Source: Octopus bimaculoides
Taxonomy: Eukaryota
Reading direction: 5' to 3'
DNA: 64,000 nt
Assembly: GCF_001194135.2 (NCBI RefSeq)
Contig: NC_068998.1
Coordinates: 43,912,122 to 43,976,121, forward strand
Shown: positions 26,761 to 40,189 of the stretch, in pieces
Layout: every line of letters starts with the position of its first letter
How positions within the stretch are numbered: the first letter of the stretch is position 1
Program-made: the position numbers and the translations under genes
The notes under the pieces: model-generated
What the model saw: the letters and a program-made list of their open reading frames with translations, nothing else
Told to the model about the DNA's origin: nothing
Databases searched by the model: none

Positions 26761-27238
26761 TAATGATAATAATAACTGCCTCATGGCAAAGTAAGTGCTG
26801 CTTGTTGTGTTGACTCAAACAACGGTATTAGACATCATTTCCAGTGACAGTATTAAACATGACATTGAAAGATTGTTCAATTTACTGATTCCCAAACAGA
26901 CCGTTTCCTTTGCATTTACAAATTAAGCTTCCACTGTAAAAATCAGGTTGTGTTCAAATCAAACATCATCAAACAAGAAGGCTGGAACTTTCTAGGGTAT
27001 GTGAAGAAATTAAAAAGACAGGAAGCTTTGCAGCATTAGTACTTAATTAACTACTATTTTTGATAAACACTGATACACTGCTTCACTGAATTAAGACTTC
27101 AATGTTAATATCAGGACTGATTTGTTTATTTTCCAGTAGAGTTTAGCTTGCTGTATCTCTGCTAGGCTGACTCTCATATTTACAAATGTTTGTCTACATC
27201 CCCTTATATACACACGCATATATATATATATATATATA

Positions 27239-27277
<39 letters not shown>

Positions 27278-28016
27278 CCAACTAACTGAAGGAAATGTTT
27301 GTTGGTATTTATTTATAGCTCACTAGTTTTAAACATATCTTCTAACATGGAGAAAATTGGTTCAAACTCTCCTACAGGGTCTGTTTGTGTTGACTATTTG
27401 AATTATTTCTCCTTCACAACTTTCACACACTCCACATTTAAATCTGTCCTTTTACTCTCAATTTGCTTTTCTCACCATTCATCGTTGTCTCAACTTCTAT
27501 CCCTCCTTTTATATACCTGGGTTTGTATATACGTGTGTGTGTGTGTATACACACACATATATGATTGTATCTATAAATGTTTATATGTATGTATATATAT
27601 ATTTATATGTTTGCATGTGTGTATGTATATATGTATGTGTATGTATGTATACATATATATGTGTGTGTGTATGTATGTATGTATGTATATATATATATAT
27701 ATATATATATGGAAGTAAAAATAAATACAAAAAAGGGGGATTTTTGTAAGATTGTGTATAGAGGAATATATTATTTTGTTTAAAAGAGTTCCAACATTGT
27801 CTGTTTTTTATGTTTTTATATTCCTGCAAAACTAATGTGGGATATAGAATATGGAATATACAATATATAATATAATATACAATATATAATATAAAATAAA
27901 AATGGATGGTACTATGAAATGGTATTGAATGTCTTATTGAATATATGGAATATATATATATAGATACGTGTGTATGTATATATGTACATATATATGTGTG
28001 TGTGTATGTATGTATG

Positions 28017-28055
<39 letters not shown>

Positions 28056-28522
28056 ATGTATATGTATTTATATATATATGTATGTANNNNNNNNNNNNNN
28101 NNNNNNNNNNNNNNNNNNNNNNNNNNNNNNNNNNNNNNNNNNNNNNNNATATATAAATATGTATATATATTCTTTTCTATTTTTTCGTGTTCCTTTCTGT
28201 TGAAGGTCCGGGTGTCCTAATGGCTAACAATCAATGGTGGATAGTTTATATAGATATAATATAGTTTATATAGATGGATGAAATGATATCATTTACCATC
28301 CTGTTTCCATGCTTATATAAGCTCGATAGATTTTAGAGGCTCTGAGGAGTTCAAAGACTGTGACATGCATCAGTGCCTACTTTGGGGTGGTTTCTATGGC
28401 TGGGTGAATTTCCCAACAATAATTACTTTCTGAGTGTGCTGGATGCCTTTTGTCATGACACCAGCATGATTATCTCATAAATTGCAAGGCTTCCTAAAGT
28501 AGTGCCCCCTCCCCATAATTAT

Positions 28523-28882
28523 ATGGTTGTGTGGTAAGAAGCTTACTTTACAACCATATGGTTCCAGGTTCAATCCCACTGTGTGGCACCTTGGACAAGT
28601 GTCTTCTGCTATAGCCAAAACTTTGTGAGTGGATTTGGTCGATGGTAATTGAAAAAAACCCTTCATATATATCTATATGGTTGTGTGTCTGTTTGTCCCT
28701 CCGCCATTGTTTGGCAACTGATGTTGGTGTGTTTACTAACCCTATAACTTAGTGGTTTGGCATATGAGACCAATAGAATAAGTACTAGGTTTACAAAGAA
28801 TAAGTCCTGGGGTCGATTTGCTCGACTAAAGGCAGTGCTCCAGCATGGCCACAGTCAAATGACTGAAACAAGTAAAAAGAAT
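28523..28882 (+). mobile_element. S1 SINE
   Basis: Full-length match to the other S1 copies. Confidence 0.85.
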
Positions 28883-29013
28883 ATAATTATGTGATCTGAT
28901 AATGTTCCTTTGGATATGTCAGCCCCCCCCTCCCACGTACATACACCTATGCACATATATGTTTACCTATTACATGTAGATGTTTATGATTGCATAAATA
29001 TTATACCTGTTAG

Positions 29014-29382
29014 CTTGTTTCAGTCATTGAACTTTGGCCATGTTGGGGCACCGCCTTGAAGTGTTTACTCAAACACACAGACTTTCCACTGGTTATTTTT
29101 TTTTAATCTTGGTACTTACCCAATTGGCCATTTTACCAAACCACTAAGTAATGAGAATGTAAACAAACCAACACAGGTTGGCAAGCGTTGCTGGAGAACA
29201 GACTCGTACAGGAACACACACACACACACACACACATACACACACACGCATACACACACACGCATACTCACCAAGCTTTGTTTGGCCTAAGATTAAGGCA
29301 GAAGACATTTGCCCAAGATGCCTTGCAGTAGGACTGAACCTGGAATCCTGTGGTTGGGAAGCAAACATCTTACCATACAGCT
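29014..29382 (-). mobile_element. S1 SINE, inverted relative to 28523-28882
   Basis: Reverse-complement match to S1. Confidence 0.8.
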
Positions 29383-29395
29383 ATGTCTATCTATG

Positions 29396-29433
<38 letters not shown>

Positions 29434-29443
29434 NNNNNNNNNN

Positions 29444-29479
<36 letters not shown>

Positions 29480-29547
29480 TATATATATATACAGCATATA
29501 TACATAAATATATATATATATATATACTGTGTATATACATACACAGA

Positions 29548-29578
<31 letters not shown>

Positions 29579-29586
29579 CAGCATAT

Positions 29587-29619
<33 letters not shown>

Positions 29620-30184
29620 TATACTGTGTATATATGTGGGTGTGTATATATATATACATGCTTGTGTATATTCTCTGTGAATGTGTGTATATATATATTT
29701 ATGTATGTGTGTATAAATTAAAACACACACATATATGTATACATATACATGGACACAGATATTTGTGTGTGTGTATGTGTGTGTGTGTGTGTGTGCACGC
29801 GCATGTGTGAGCGTCTAATGAAAGGAAGGAATTTATTTGAGACAAAAGAAATTGCAAAATATGCTGTTGAGTTAAAACAAGAATAATTAAAATTTGAAAG
29901 ATATATTTGAAATGAATTAGTAAATTTCCTTAGTCTAAAAACTGAAGTCTCAGGAGTTGCAATAACAAAACAGATCAACACTAACAAAAACACAAAAAAC
30001 ATACTTCAATATGGTGGTTATTAAAAGGATATATTATCTTAGAAACGTATATAATAGAAACATGGTGATTATGTTGTTGTTCTATGTGTTGTTGTTATTA
30101 GTTACTGTTTGTTTTCCATCTTCTTAATTCTTTGAGATGTAATCAATGTGTAAATATATCTATCAAGCTCATTCTTTAGATCTG

Positions 30185-30227
<43 letters not shown>

Positions 30228-30672
30228 ACACACATAGCTATTTTGATGCACACATATGCATGCGCATACTGCGTGATATTATGTATAATTTGAAGGTATA
30301 TGTGTATGTATGTGTATTTGTGATATGTGAATGAATATATTATACACACATACATTTACATTTCAAAATGTATGAGATTTATGCATGTGTCTGTGTAAAC
30401 ATTTGTGTGTCCAATCACACACACACACGCACACACACACATAGCTTGTATGCCCAGACACAAACAATTTTTGCATCTTTGGGTGTTAGTATGCATTAAG
30501 CAAATATGTAGAGATGTAAAATTTTATGTGTTTGCGTGTGTGTGTGTATGCACATGATATATTCATGTTAGCATATGATTATGGAGAAATTTTTCTCTCA
30601 CTCTCTCTCTGCACATTGTGTGTGTGTGTGTGCATACATATATATGTATATGTCATTTTGTGTGTGTGTACA

Positions 30673-30746
<74 letters not shown>

Positions 30747-31827
30747 GTATAGAAATTTCAAGAACACATCAATTGACATATATTAAGAGATATGTTCAAT
30801 GAATGCTTAGATCTGTTTACCACTAAAACTTCAGCTTCAAGTGCAAATGGATTTAAGGTGTTAAAATTGCCAATCTAAGGTGGCTAGAAGCAATACCTGA
30901 TTCACCAGGTATAAATAGATCAGAAATGGAAGCTGGACAAGCAAAACATTTAGCATTACTTGAGGATATTTACTTCATAATGGAGACTAGAAATAAAGTA
31001 TAGATAAAGCCTAGAACAGTTACGGTAGATAAGTAAATTCTCCTACAGCTGTTTCTGGAATACTTGAGTAAGTGGGTCATGTTAATGTGTAATGAAATTA
31101 CATAATCCAAGTATCCTATTATTGGAAAGATTGAGGTAAAACAGGATAGAAAGATCCTTAATTGAGGATATTTGTTGTCAGCTAGCGCAAGGGGCAACTC
31201 TATTAAGAGATTCCATGATTAAGTAAATAATGAATTAATGAAGTCGTAGAGTTAATGTTGTGTGTATTTGTATTTATATATATCCATATATATACATAAT
31301 TGTTGAACAATGGAAATCAGTGCTCAACACCATATTGGTGGATATAATTTCTTTATTTGTGTATTAAGGCTACCGTTGGTTTCATGTTAAGAAAAGTAGG
31401 AAAATATCCTAGTGTCTTAATAGTTTTCAAGCTGATCACATGGAGAAAGGTGTATATAATTCTTGTTTTTTGACCAATTCAGTCTCAGTGCAGCAAGACT
31501 GACTTGATTAAAATGAAAGTATTACGAGTCTCTACAATATTATTGAGTAGTGTTTCTTCTGAAAGTCAACACAATGTGTATATGTATATATATATGGTTT
31601 AAAATTGTGCAAAATCAAAAGACAGAGATGAGTGAGGGAACAAGAAGAAATATTAGTTTGATGCTCAATGAAAATGGAAGAGTCTTTGATTTTTTTGAGC
31701 GTACACTATTTTACAGAAAAGAATCAGATGAGGAGAAAAAACAGATGGAGAGAGAGAGAAAAATTGACAGAGAAAATTTTTTTTATATATACATACACAC
31801 ATATATATACATATGTTATATATATAA

Positions 31828-31890
<63 letters not shown>

Positions 31891-32008
31891 CACACAAGCA
31901 TTTCAATAGGGATTTTTTTCTATCTATTAGTCTGAAAGAAAGGCAATGCCTGTTACCCTATTATCCTTTTCAGGGCTCAGAAGACTGGTTAGAATGTTAT
32001 TCTCACAG

Positions 32009-32052
32009 CAGGTGCTAGACCAGAATGCTTGTCACAGAATTGTCTACTAAAG
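32009..32052 (+). CDS. Candidate exon (44 nt, phase 1 to 0): xGARPECLSQNCLLK
   Basis: TTATTCTCACAG acceptor, AAG|GTACGG donor. Confidence 0.22.
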
Positions 32053-32853
32053 GTACGGATGTTATGAAACGGTGGTACTAAACTTAGGGATAGTTAAAGT
32101 CTACCAAACATGTCAGTGTTGGTGGGATTTTAACTCAAAATGGGACAAATATTACAAAGCACCCTCTCCCATCATTTACAGTTCTGCCAATCAACTGCCC
32201 CATATTGTTTTCTTTTTTCTTTTTTGAAACTCAATTAAATGAAAGGCATAGCTGACCCCAGCAGCATTTGAACTTAGAGCAAATAAATTCAAAAGTGTGG
32301 CAGATATGTTATCGAACTCTCTAATGAATCAGCCAATTCACTGACATAAATATATTTGTATGAAAATTCATATGGCTATATGAAGAATGTTAGTGCATTA
32401 AAAATGTGCTTATTTCTAAATGAAAAGTTAAGAAAATCCTCAAATCCCAAGTAGATGTCATTATTTTCTCTCCTTTCTCTGTACCTACTCAGCTTCTACT
32501 AATGATTTATACATCCAGTTGAAACAATGGAATATATTAATAATAGATATATATATAAGAACCATGCATATATAGATACACATACACAATATATAAATAT
32601 ATAAAGGATACATGAAATGAGAATTTGATTAAATAAAACAATGTTGTCCGTGTGTAATAAACCAACAAAAACAGAACAATACTGAAAAATAAAAAAAACT
32701 CAAAAAATCTGTATATTCATATGATAATGTTTGTATATAAATTTCATTGTTTTATCATACTTCTATAGAAAGACAATTAGTTGATGCTATTCATCTCTGA
32801 AACAGACAGCAATTTTGTTGTAAATCCATAAGAAAACAATATATAACAATGTC

Positions 32854-32886
<33 letters not shown>

Positions 32887-32936
32887 GCATATCATTAATA
32901 AATATATATGCATATATGGTGGTTAATTTACTGTCA

Positions 32937-32970
<34 letters not shown>

Positions 32971-33157
32971 CGTGCATGTTTAAGTGTGCAAATGAAAGAA
33001 AAACAGACTCGGTACTTTGCATAGAAATTATATTTCATTTAATTGTAGTGGATTCTATATATATACATATATGTGTGTGAGTATGTATCTAAGTATGTCT
33101 GTGTATATATATATGTATGCATGTGTGTGTGTGTATATATATATATAGATAGGCATG

Positions 33158-33209
<52 letters not shown>

Positions 33210-34321
33210 NNNNNNNNNNNNNNNNNNNNNNNNNNNNNNNNNNNNNNNNNNNNNNNNNNNNNNNNNNNNNNNNNNNNNNNNNNNNNNNNNNNNNNNNNNN
33301 NNNNNNNNNNNNNNNNNNNNNNNNNNNNNNNNNNNNNNNNNNNNNNNNNNNNNNNNNNNNNNNNNNNNNNNNNNNNNNNNNNNNNNNNNNNNNNNNNNNN
33401 NNNNNNNNNNNNNNNNNNNNNNNNNNNNNNNNNNNNNNNNNNNNNNNNNNNNNNNNNNNNNNNNNNNNNNNNNNACACCCACATATATATACCTATACAC
33501 ATGTACACCTATACATAAGTATATCTGCTCATGCATGTATACATATATGCACTAACACATCTATACTTACACAGCTTGGGGAATATTGAAGTTTTATCTC
33601 ACTTTAGCCAATTCTGTTTTGCTATCATATTTCATGAGGCATTTAGTTTTTGTTAACAATCATACATATACATGTGCGTGTGTATGTGTGTGCGCGCTTA
33701 TATAAATCTTATGTATTGTTTTGTTATCATTAAGTCTTATATACATTCTTCAGCATTTGTTTCGTTTTTCTATATAGCTTTGTAATTTCATGAATATATT
33801 AATCTATATACAATTACACACATGTATACATTCATCATATACGTATGTATTTATGTACGTGTCGTAAATAAATGTTTAGATAATTAAATATTAATTAGCT
33901 TTTTAAAATATTGTAGAAAAATTATATATTGGAAAGAAATATGAGATGTTAATGAAAAATATAATCTTATATTCATCATCATCACCATGATCACCATTAT
34001 CATAACAAATAGTTTGCACAATACATATGATAGCTACTGGATCTTTCATTGCTAGCTGAATCTCAACAGCAGCCTCAGCTAGACATCACTTTTTCTGGTT
34101 CCGTGTTCAGTTCTTAACGAGGCAGTCTTTTTAAGGTGAGCAATTCATGATCTGAAGTTGATCAGTTCATGCTAACCTCTCAGTCTCGGCGATATCAGCT
34201 CAGAATTTTCTATGATGACATGGGTTATTTAGATGTTTGGTAGTTTTGTCAACTAGACAACATCAGGATAGAATACATTATTTACATTTGACGGATATTT
34301 GTCCTCATCTTGTTTGTTGTT

Positions 34322-34368
34322 AACACAACGTTTCGGCTCATATACCCTCCAGCCTTCATCAGGTGTCT
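34322..34368 (-). ncRNA. Type I minimal hammerhead ribozyme motif, core intact (left arm of tRNA-headed palindrome)
   Basis: Minus strand reads GACAC-CUGAUGA-A-GGCU(GGAGGGUAUAUG)AGCC-GAAAC-GUU-GUGUU. Stem I GACAC/GUGUU, stem II GGCU/AGCC, palindromic ACGU stem III, NUH triplet GUU. Predicted cleavage between 34327 and 34326. Confidence 0.7.
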
Positions 34369-34418
34369 TGGGGAAATTTCAAACCTGTGTTCTCATTCCT
34401 AAGGTATTTTCAATGTTG

Positions 34419-34467
<49 letters not shown>

Positions 34468-34682
34468 AGTCACTGCCTGGAAACGAACTCGGAATCTTGG
34501 GATTAGTAGCCTGTGCTCTTAACCACTATGCCATATGCTCATAGTGGTTAAGAGCGTGGGCTAATAACCCCAAGATTATGAGTTTGATTCCAGGCAGTGA
34601 CCTGAATAATATTACTATTAATAATAATAATAACATCGAAAAATACCTTAGGAATGAGAACGCAGGTTCGAAATTTTCCCAA

Positions 34683-34728
34683 GACACCTGATAAAGGCTG
34701 GTGGGTATATCAACTGAAACGTTGTGTT
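34683..34728 (+). ncRNA. Degenerate hammerhead motif (right arm of same palindrome)
   Basis: GACAC-CTGATAA-A-GGCTG..CAACT-GAAAC-GTT-GTGTT. G8>A core change and broken stem II. Confidence 0.55.
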
Positions 34729-35749
34729 AACAACAAACAAGATGAGGACAAATATCTGTCTAATGTAAATAAAGTACATAATTCCTCATCTCTTAAATAT
34801 AGAACTGTATTGGCAGGATAGAATTTCATGCAATCTCAAACCTTGTCATTATAGTCAGTTATTTCTCTCAATTCTTTTCACGGTTTTATTTTGCTCTCCC
34901 AGAATGGCAATGTTAATAAACCGCCATTCACACTTATTTCTATTTACCACTATGATATGAAGTCCGTTGATTACAACTATAATATCAAGTCTTTGTATAG
35001 AGAAATATCATAGTATCTTGGATTTCTCTCTGCTATCTAGGACACATTGTGGACAATAATGATACCACTTAAACACCAGATGACCATACTTTTAACACAG
35101 ACTCCAATTAAGTTATGGTCATTGTTTGTCCTGTCTTCTTTATCATTCCTTTGGAGTTAGTATTTTACACTCATTTACCATATTAGTGACACTTAACTGC
35201 ACTAATTCCATTAAGATGACGCTGATCACTTTCACGAAGAAGGAAAGCCATTCCCTAGACTAGTGAGTTTTTAACTTCGGTGTTTGATGCTCACAGTTGC
35301 CATGCAATAACTTCCAATTAATACTATCGTTTTCTCCAGAGAGACTCACCTCTTTAACTCTTCTCCTATCTTTTCCTCTACTTGGCCCATTTTAATTAAT
35401 GATCTACTATTCATTCTCAATACATTCTGTCTCACTTATTAAATTTCTTCCTCCACTTGTGCGTTTCATGTCTAGCACTTCACACATACCTGAATTACAT
35501 TTACTTTTGGATCTAATATCCCGTGCATGATCTTCTTCTCTGATCCATTCCATTAATCCCAGCTTTACTCTACTTGATGATCCTAGCAGTGTAATACAAC
35601 TCAAGTGGTTACAGTGAGAATCAAGTTACTTTCACGGGCTCCCTTGTATTTAGACTAAACTCTCCTTCAGCCATCCAGCTCAGTGCCTCCCTCTATGCAA
35701 CGCATTAAGATAATTGCCCTTTCTATACGTTGACTTAAAATATGTAATC

Positions 35750-35781
35750 CAGTATGTTGGGGCGATAAACACAGACGCACG

Positions 35782-35813
<32 letters not shown>

Positions 35814-35986
35814 CACATATATACGATGGGATTCTTTCAGCTTCCATCTACCAAATCCACTCACAAGGCTTTGGTTGGCCCAAAGCTATAGTAGAAGACA
35901 CTTGCCCAAGGTGCCACAAAGTGGGACTGAACTCGGAATCATGTGGTTTGTAAGCAAGCTCCGAACCACACAGCCACTCCTATGCC
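35750..35986 (-). mobile_element. S1 SINE, left and middle part
   Basis: Reverse-complement match to the S1 head and body. Confidence 0.8.
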
Positions 35987-36656
35987 TTTACATTGTCTTT
36001 TCTGACCACATAACTCTCAGCAATTAGATTTTTTTTAAAATATTCACTACATTATGTTAATTCTAAAGCTTAAATATTGTTATTTATGTGGATATCATCT
36101 ATGAGTAATTACTATTAATTTATTTTTTAAACTTAATGTTTTGCAATATTATACATTGATGTGGAAATACATTCACAAATTGCTTCAAAAATTATGGCAA
36201 AGNNNNNNNNNNNNNNNNNNNNNNNNNNNNNNNNNNNNNNNNNNNNNNNNNNNNNNNNNNNNNNNNNNNNNNNNNNNNNNNNNNNNNNNNNNNNNNNNNN
36301 NNNNNNNNNNNNNNNNNNNNNNNNNNNNNNNNNNNNNNNNNNNNNNNNNNNNNNNNNNNNNNNNNNNNNNNNNNNNNNNNNNNNNNNNNNNNNNNNNNNN
36401 NNNNNNNNNNNNNNNNNNNNNNNNNNNNNNNNNNNNNNNNNNNNNNNNNNNNNNNNNNNNNNNNNNNNNNNNNNNNNNNNNNNNNNNNNNNNNNNNNNNN
36501 NNNNNNNNNNNNNNNNNNNNNNNNNNNNNNNNNNNNNNNNNNNNNNNNNNNNNNNNNNNNNNNNNNNNNNNNNNNNNNNNNNNNNNNNNNNNNNNNNNNN
36601 NNNNNNNNNNNNNNNNNNNNNNNNNNNNNNNNNNNNNNNNNNNNNNNNNNNNNNNN

Positions 36657-36657
36657 N

Positions 36658-36710
<53 letters not shown>

Positions 36711-36975
36711 CTGTGCGTATTTACAAGAGTGTATCTTTGTGTCTGTGTTTGTCCCCACCACCATCGCTTGACAACTAATGTTGGTGTGTTTATGCCCCCT
36801 CCCGCCCCGTAACTTAGCAGTTCAGCAAAAGAGGCACCGACAGAATAAGTATTAAGCTTACAGACAATAAGTCCCAGGGACGATTTCTTCGACTAAAAAT
36901 ATCCTTTAAGGCGGTGCTCCTGCATGGCCACAGTCAAATGATTGAAACAAGTAAAAGAATATAAAAGAATAAAGA
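36657..36975 (+). mobile_element. S1 SINE, right half (left part lies in the gap)
   Basis: TTTGTCCCC..GTAACTTAGC..GCATGGCCACAGTCAAATGA. Confidence 0.8.
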
Positions 36976-37902
36976 AGTGCTGAGCACTTGAAATGGACAC
37001 AACTTGCAAAAGATGGGAGACCTAGAAAAATATGACTCGAAGTGGTGAAGAATCATTTCACAAAACTGAACTTCACAAAGGAGATGATTAAAAGAATAAA
37101 CAAACAAACTCTATGATGAGTTTGAATATGCGATGCTTATATATCAATGCCACTGATATAAGCATTGGACGATGGTCATTGAAATAGTGGTGGACACTCT
37201 TATTCAGTCCCATCATGACTGTATAACAGCCAATAGCATCGGTTCTCTCCCTATTCATTATATCTTACCACCACCTTAACCACTATCACTCTTTATTCAC
37301 ATTCACCTATCTCTCTTTCTCTCTGTTTCTCTCTCTCTCACCATCAAGCATCTTTATTGCTATCTGACACTTATTGTCATCATCTGTATGATTACTACTA
37401 CTACTACCACCACTATTATCATTACCAACATCACCACTAAAAAACGTCACTCTCCCCACTCCTGCACCAATGTGTCTACCCACCCATGCACCCAGTAATT
37501 CCTGTGACATGATAAGTGTCTTGAATGACAGAGCGAGTGAATGAAGAGCGGTGACTCAACAAGAAGGTCTGGTGTGTTTGTCCGGCTAAAACTTTTGTAG
37601 ATAGACATCACACAGGAATACCAAACGTCTGCTGTTTACTGTTGTTGTTTTGATAGGATGGAGAGAACTCGAGAAGAACTTCAGAAAATGTATCTATTGA
37701 TCGATCATTGGAAAATTGATCAGAAATTTGGGATATTCATCTTTACTTGATGAGGTACATAACTTTTTAATGATCGTCAAAACTTGGATAGTTTCCAGTT
37801 GAAATTCATTGATTCCATAGGTTTTTGTACACTTATGTGTATGCGTGTATTTAATTTTCTTGTTAATATTATTATTTTGCTATTAATAATAATAATGATA
37901 AT

Positions 37903-38054
37903 AACAATGATAATGGTTTCAAATTTTAGCATAAAGCCAGAAATTTCAGGGGGAAGGAGTAAGTCGATTCCATTGACCCAAGTATTCAACTGGTACTTAT
38001 TTTTATCGACCCTGAAAGAATGAAAGACAATGTCAACCACTGCAGAATTTGAAC

Positions 38055-38094
<40 letters not shown>

Positions 38095-38700
38095 GATCCT
38101 TTCTACTATAGGCACAATGTCTGAAATTTGATGGGAGGGGGCTAGTCGATTCTATCGACCCAGTGCGTAACTGGTACTTACTTTGTCGACCCTGAAAGGA
38201 TGAAAAGCAAAGTTGGCCTTGATGGAATTTGAACTCAGAATGTAAAGACAGCGAGCTGGTAGAATTGTTAGCACTCCAGGGGGAATGTTTAGCACCGTTT
38301 TATCCAACTTTGTGTTTTGAGTTCAAACACTTCCAGGGTCGACTTTGCCTTTCATCCTTGCAGCATTGATGAAACAAGTACCAGTTGGGCACCAGGGTCA
38401 AAGTAATCGATTTACTCCACCCCAAAATTACAGGACGTGCACTTATAGTTGAAAGAATTATTATTATCATTATTATTATTATTATTATTATTAATCAGAA
38501 TCGTTAGCATGCTGAGCAAAATGCTTAGCAGAATTTCTTCTGTCTCTACATTCTGAGTTCAAATTACCTCAAAGTCAGTTTTGTCTTTTGTCTTTTCGAA
38601 GTCAATAAATTAAGTACCAGTGAAACACTGGGGTTGGTGTAATTGACTAGTCCCTTCCCTGCAAATTTCAGGCCTTGCACTTATAGTTGAAAGGATTATT
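37903..38700. mobile_element. Cluster of four S2 SINEs (-, -, +, +), separated by (AAT)/(ATT) tracts except at the head-to-head junction
   Basis: 37903-38055, 38095-38248, 38252-38462, 38495-38700. Confidence 0.8.
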
Positions 38701-38710
38701 ATTATTATTA

Positions 38711-39103
38711 CTGAGTGAGAGAGCAGTGCATGCCATCAAAGTGACACTGGGGTAAGATATATGAAGCCCAGTATACCCATCATGACTACCCGTCTGATAA
38801 AGGTACACCAGGCACATGCATCTCAACCATATACGCGTGACATGGTGATCTCATATCAAGATAAACAGCACATAACCTTGCAGGTGGGGCCCAGTTAGGA
38901 TTTTCTTCAGGTCGAGTAACCCATCCCACTCAAAAGTCTCTGAATAAGAGTTGTTTAAGGGCTTTGAATGAAACACCCATGTTTCCAAAGATGGATTATC
39001 CAAACCCCAAAGAATTCCTCTCAACACATGGCTGTGATGCTCCCCCACTACTTCTGCTCATGATCAGAGATGCTCATATTGTCAGCCACTAAGGGACATG
39101 CTC
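38711..39103 (-). mobile_element. Retroposon-like 3' end with (TAA)n tail, family unassigned
   Basis: Ends in CTCTCACTCAGTAATAATAAT on the minus strand. Shares GAGCATGTCCCTTAGTGGC...CCATGTGTTGAGAG with 46388-46461. Confidence 0.5.
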
Positions 39104-39566
39104 TTTTATTTTCTCCAGTCATAGCCCTTGTGGCAAATAAAGAAATAAATTATTATTAGCATTATTGTACTACTTTCATCATTGTAGCTATTTTTGTTTT
39201 TGTTTTAATTTTTTTTTTTTTGTTTACTTCAACATCAAATTGTAATTTGAATCTTATTGACTGCCACTATAATCTACATGGTACTGGAAGTTTCTTTTAT
39301 TTTATTTTTGTGTCTGTCTGTTTGTCTTCATTTTCTAGCTTTGTTCGAGTATTTGTAGCTTTCAATGTTATTGTTGTTGATGTTCTTCACTATGGCTCTT
39401 CTCCCCCCCTCTCTCTCGCATACACACACACACACACACATATACTTTTTCTCTGTCCATCTTCCAGAGACTGTTTTTGTTTTTTTGCCAAATTTCAATA
39501 TTCCAATCGTGTTTTTTTTTTTTTTATTTAAACTTAAACCAAATCTAAGCTGACTGATACACACAA

Positions 39567-39609
<43 letters not shown>

Positions 39610-39963
39610 CACACATGCTCACGCGCAAATATGCATTATGAGTGTGTGTGTTTGTGTACATATGTATACATAATATATGTATGTATAACATTTTGAGTGA
39701 CTTTAAGTGTAAGACAGATAAGTAGTTACACAGGCACGTCCACCTAAAACACATACTTACATGTCCAGGTAAATACTTATCTACACATTTCTATAAAAAT
39801 ACATATACACACATATACATGTAGAAAGGAATAAATTTCAAAATTTGAATGTCTATAAGAGGGGGAAAAAATTGTTGAAAAAATTCAACAAGCTGCCAGT
39901 CAAATTCCTCGATAAAGTTTTGTGAATATGTATGTGGGTAGGTGTGTCTGTGTGCATGTGTAT

Positions 39964-40007
<44 letters not shown>

Positions 40008-40068
40008 ATAAATATATATATGCATATATTTATATGTATATATATGCATGTATATATGTATAAATATG

Positions 40069-40106
<38 letters not shown>

Positions 40107-40109
40107 TGT

Positions 40110-40189
<80 letters not shown>

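Larger units (their letters stand above)
34275..34813. mobile_element. Head-to-head palindromic retroelement: two tRNA-headed arms, each with an (AAT)n linker and a Penelope-like hammerhead tail
   Basis: Arms 34275-34539 (-) and 34540-34809 (+) are inverted copies. A-box-like TGGCATAGTGG and B-box-like GAGTTCGTTTCC / GAGTTTGATTCC. Direct repeat CAGGATAGAAT at 34264-34274 and 34814-34824. Confidence 0.8.

Noticed and set aside
34900-35620. Possible LINE endonuclease remnant
   Set aside because: No diagnostic motif recovered.
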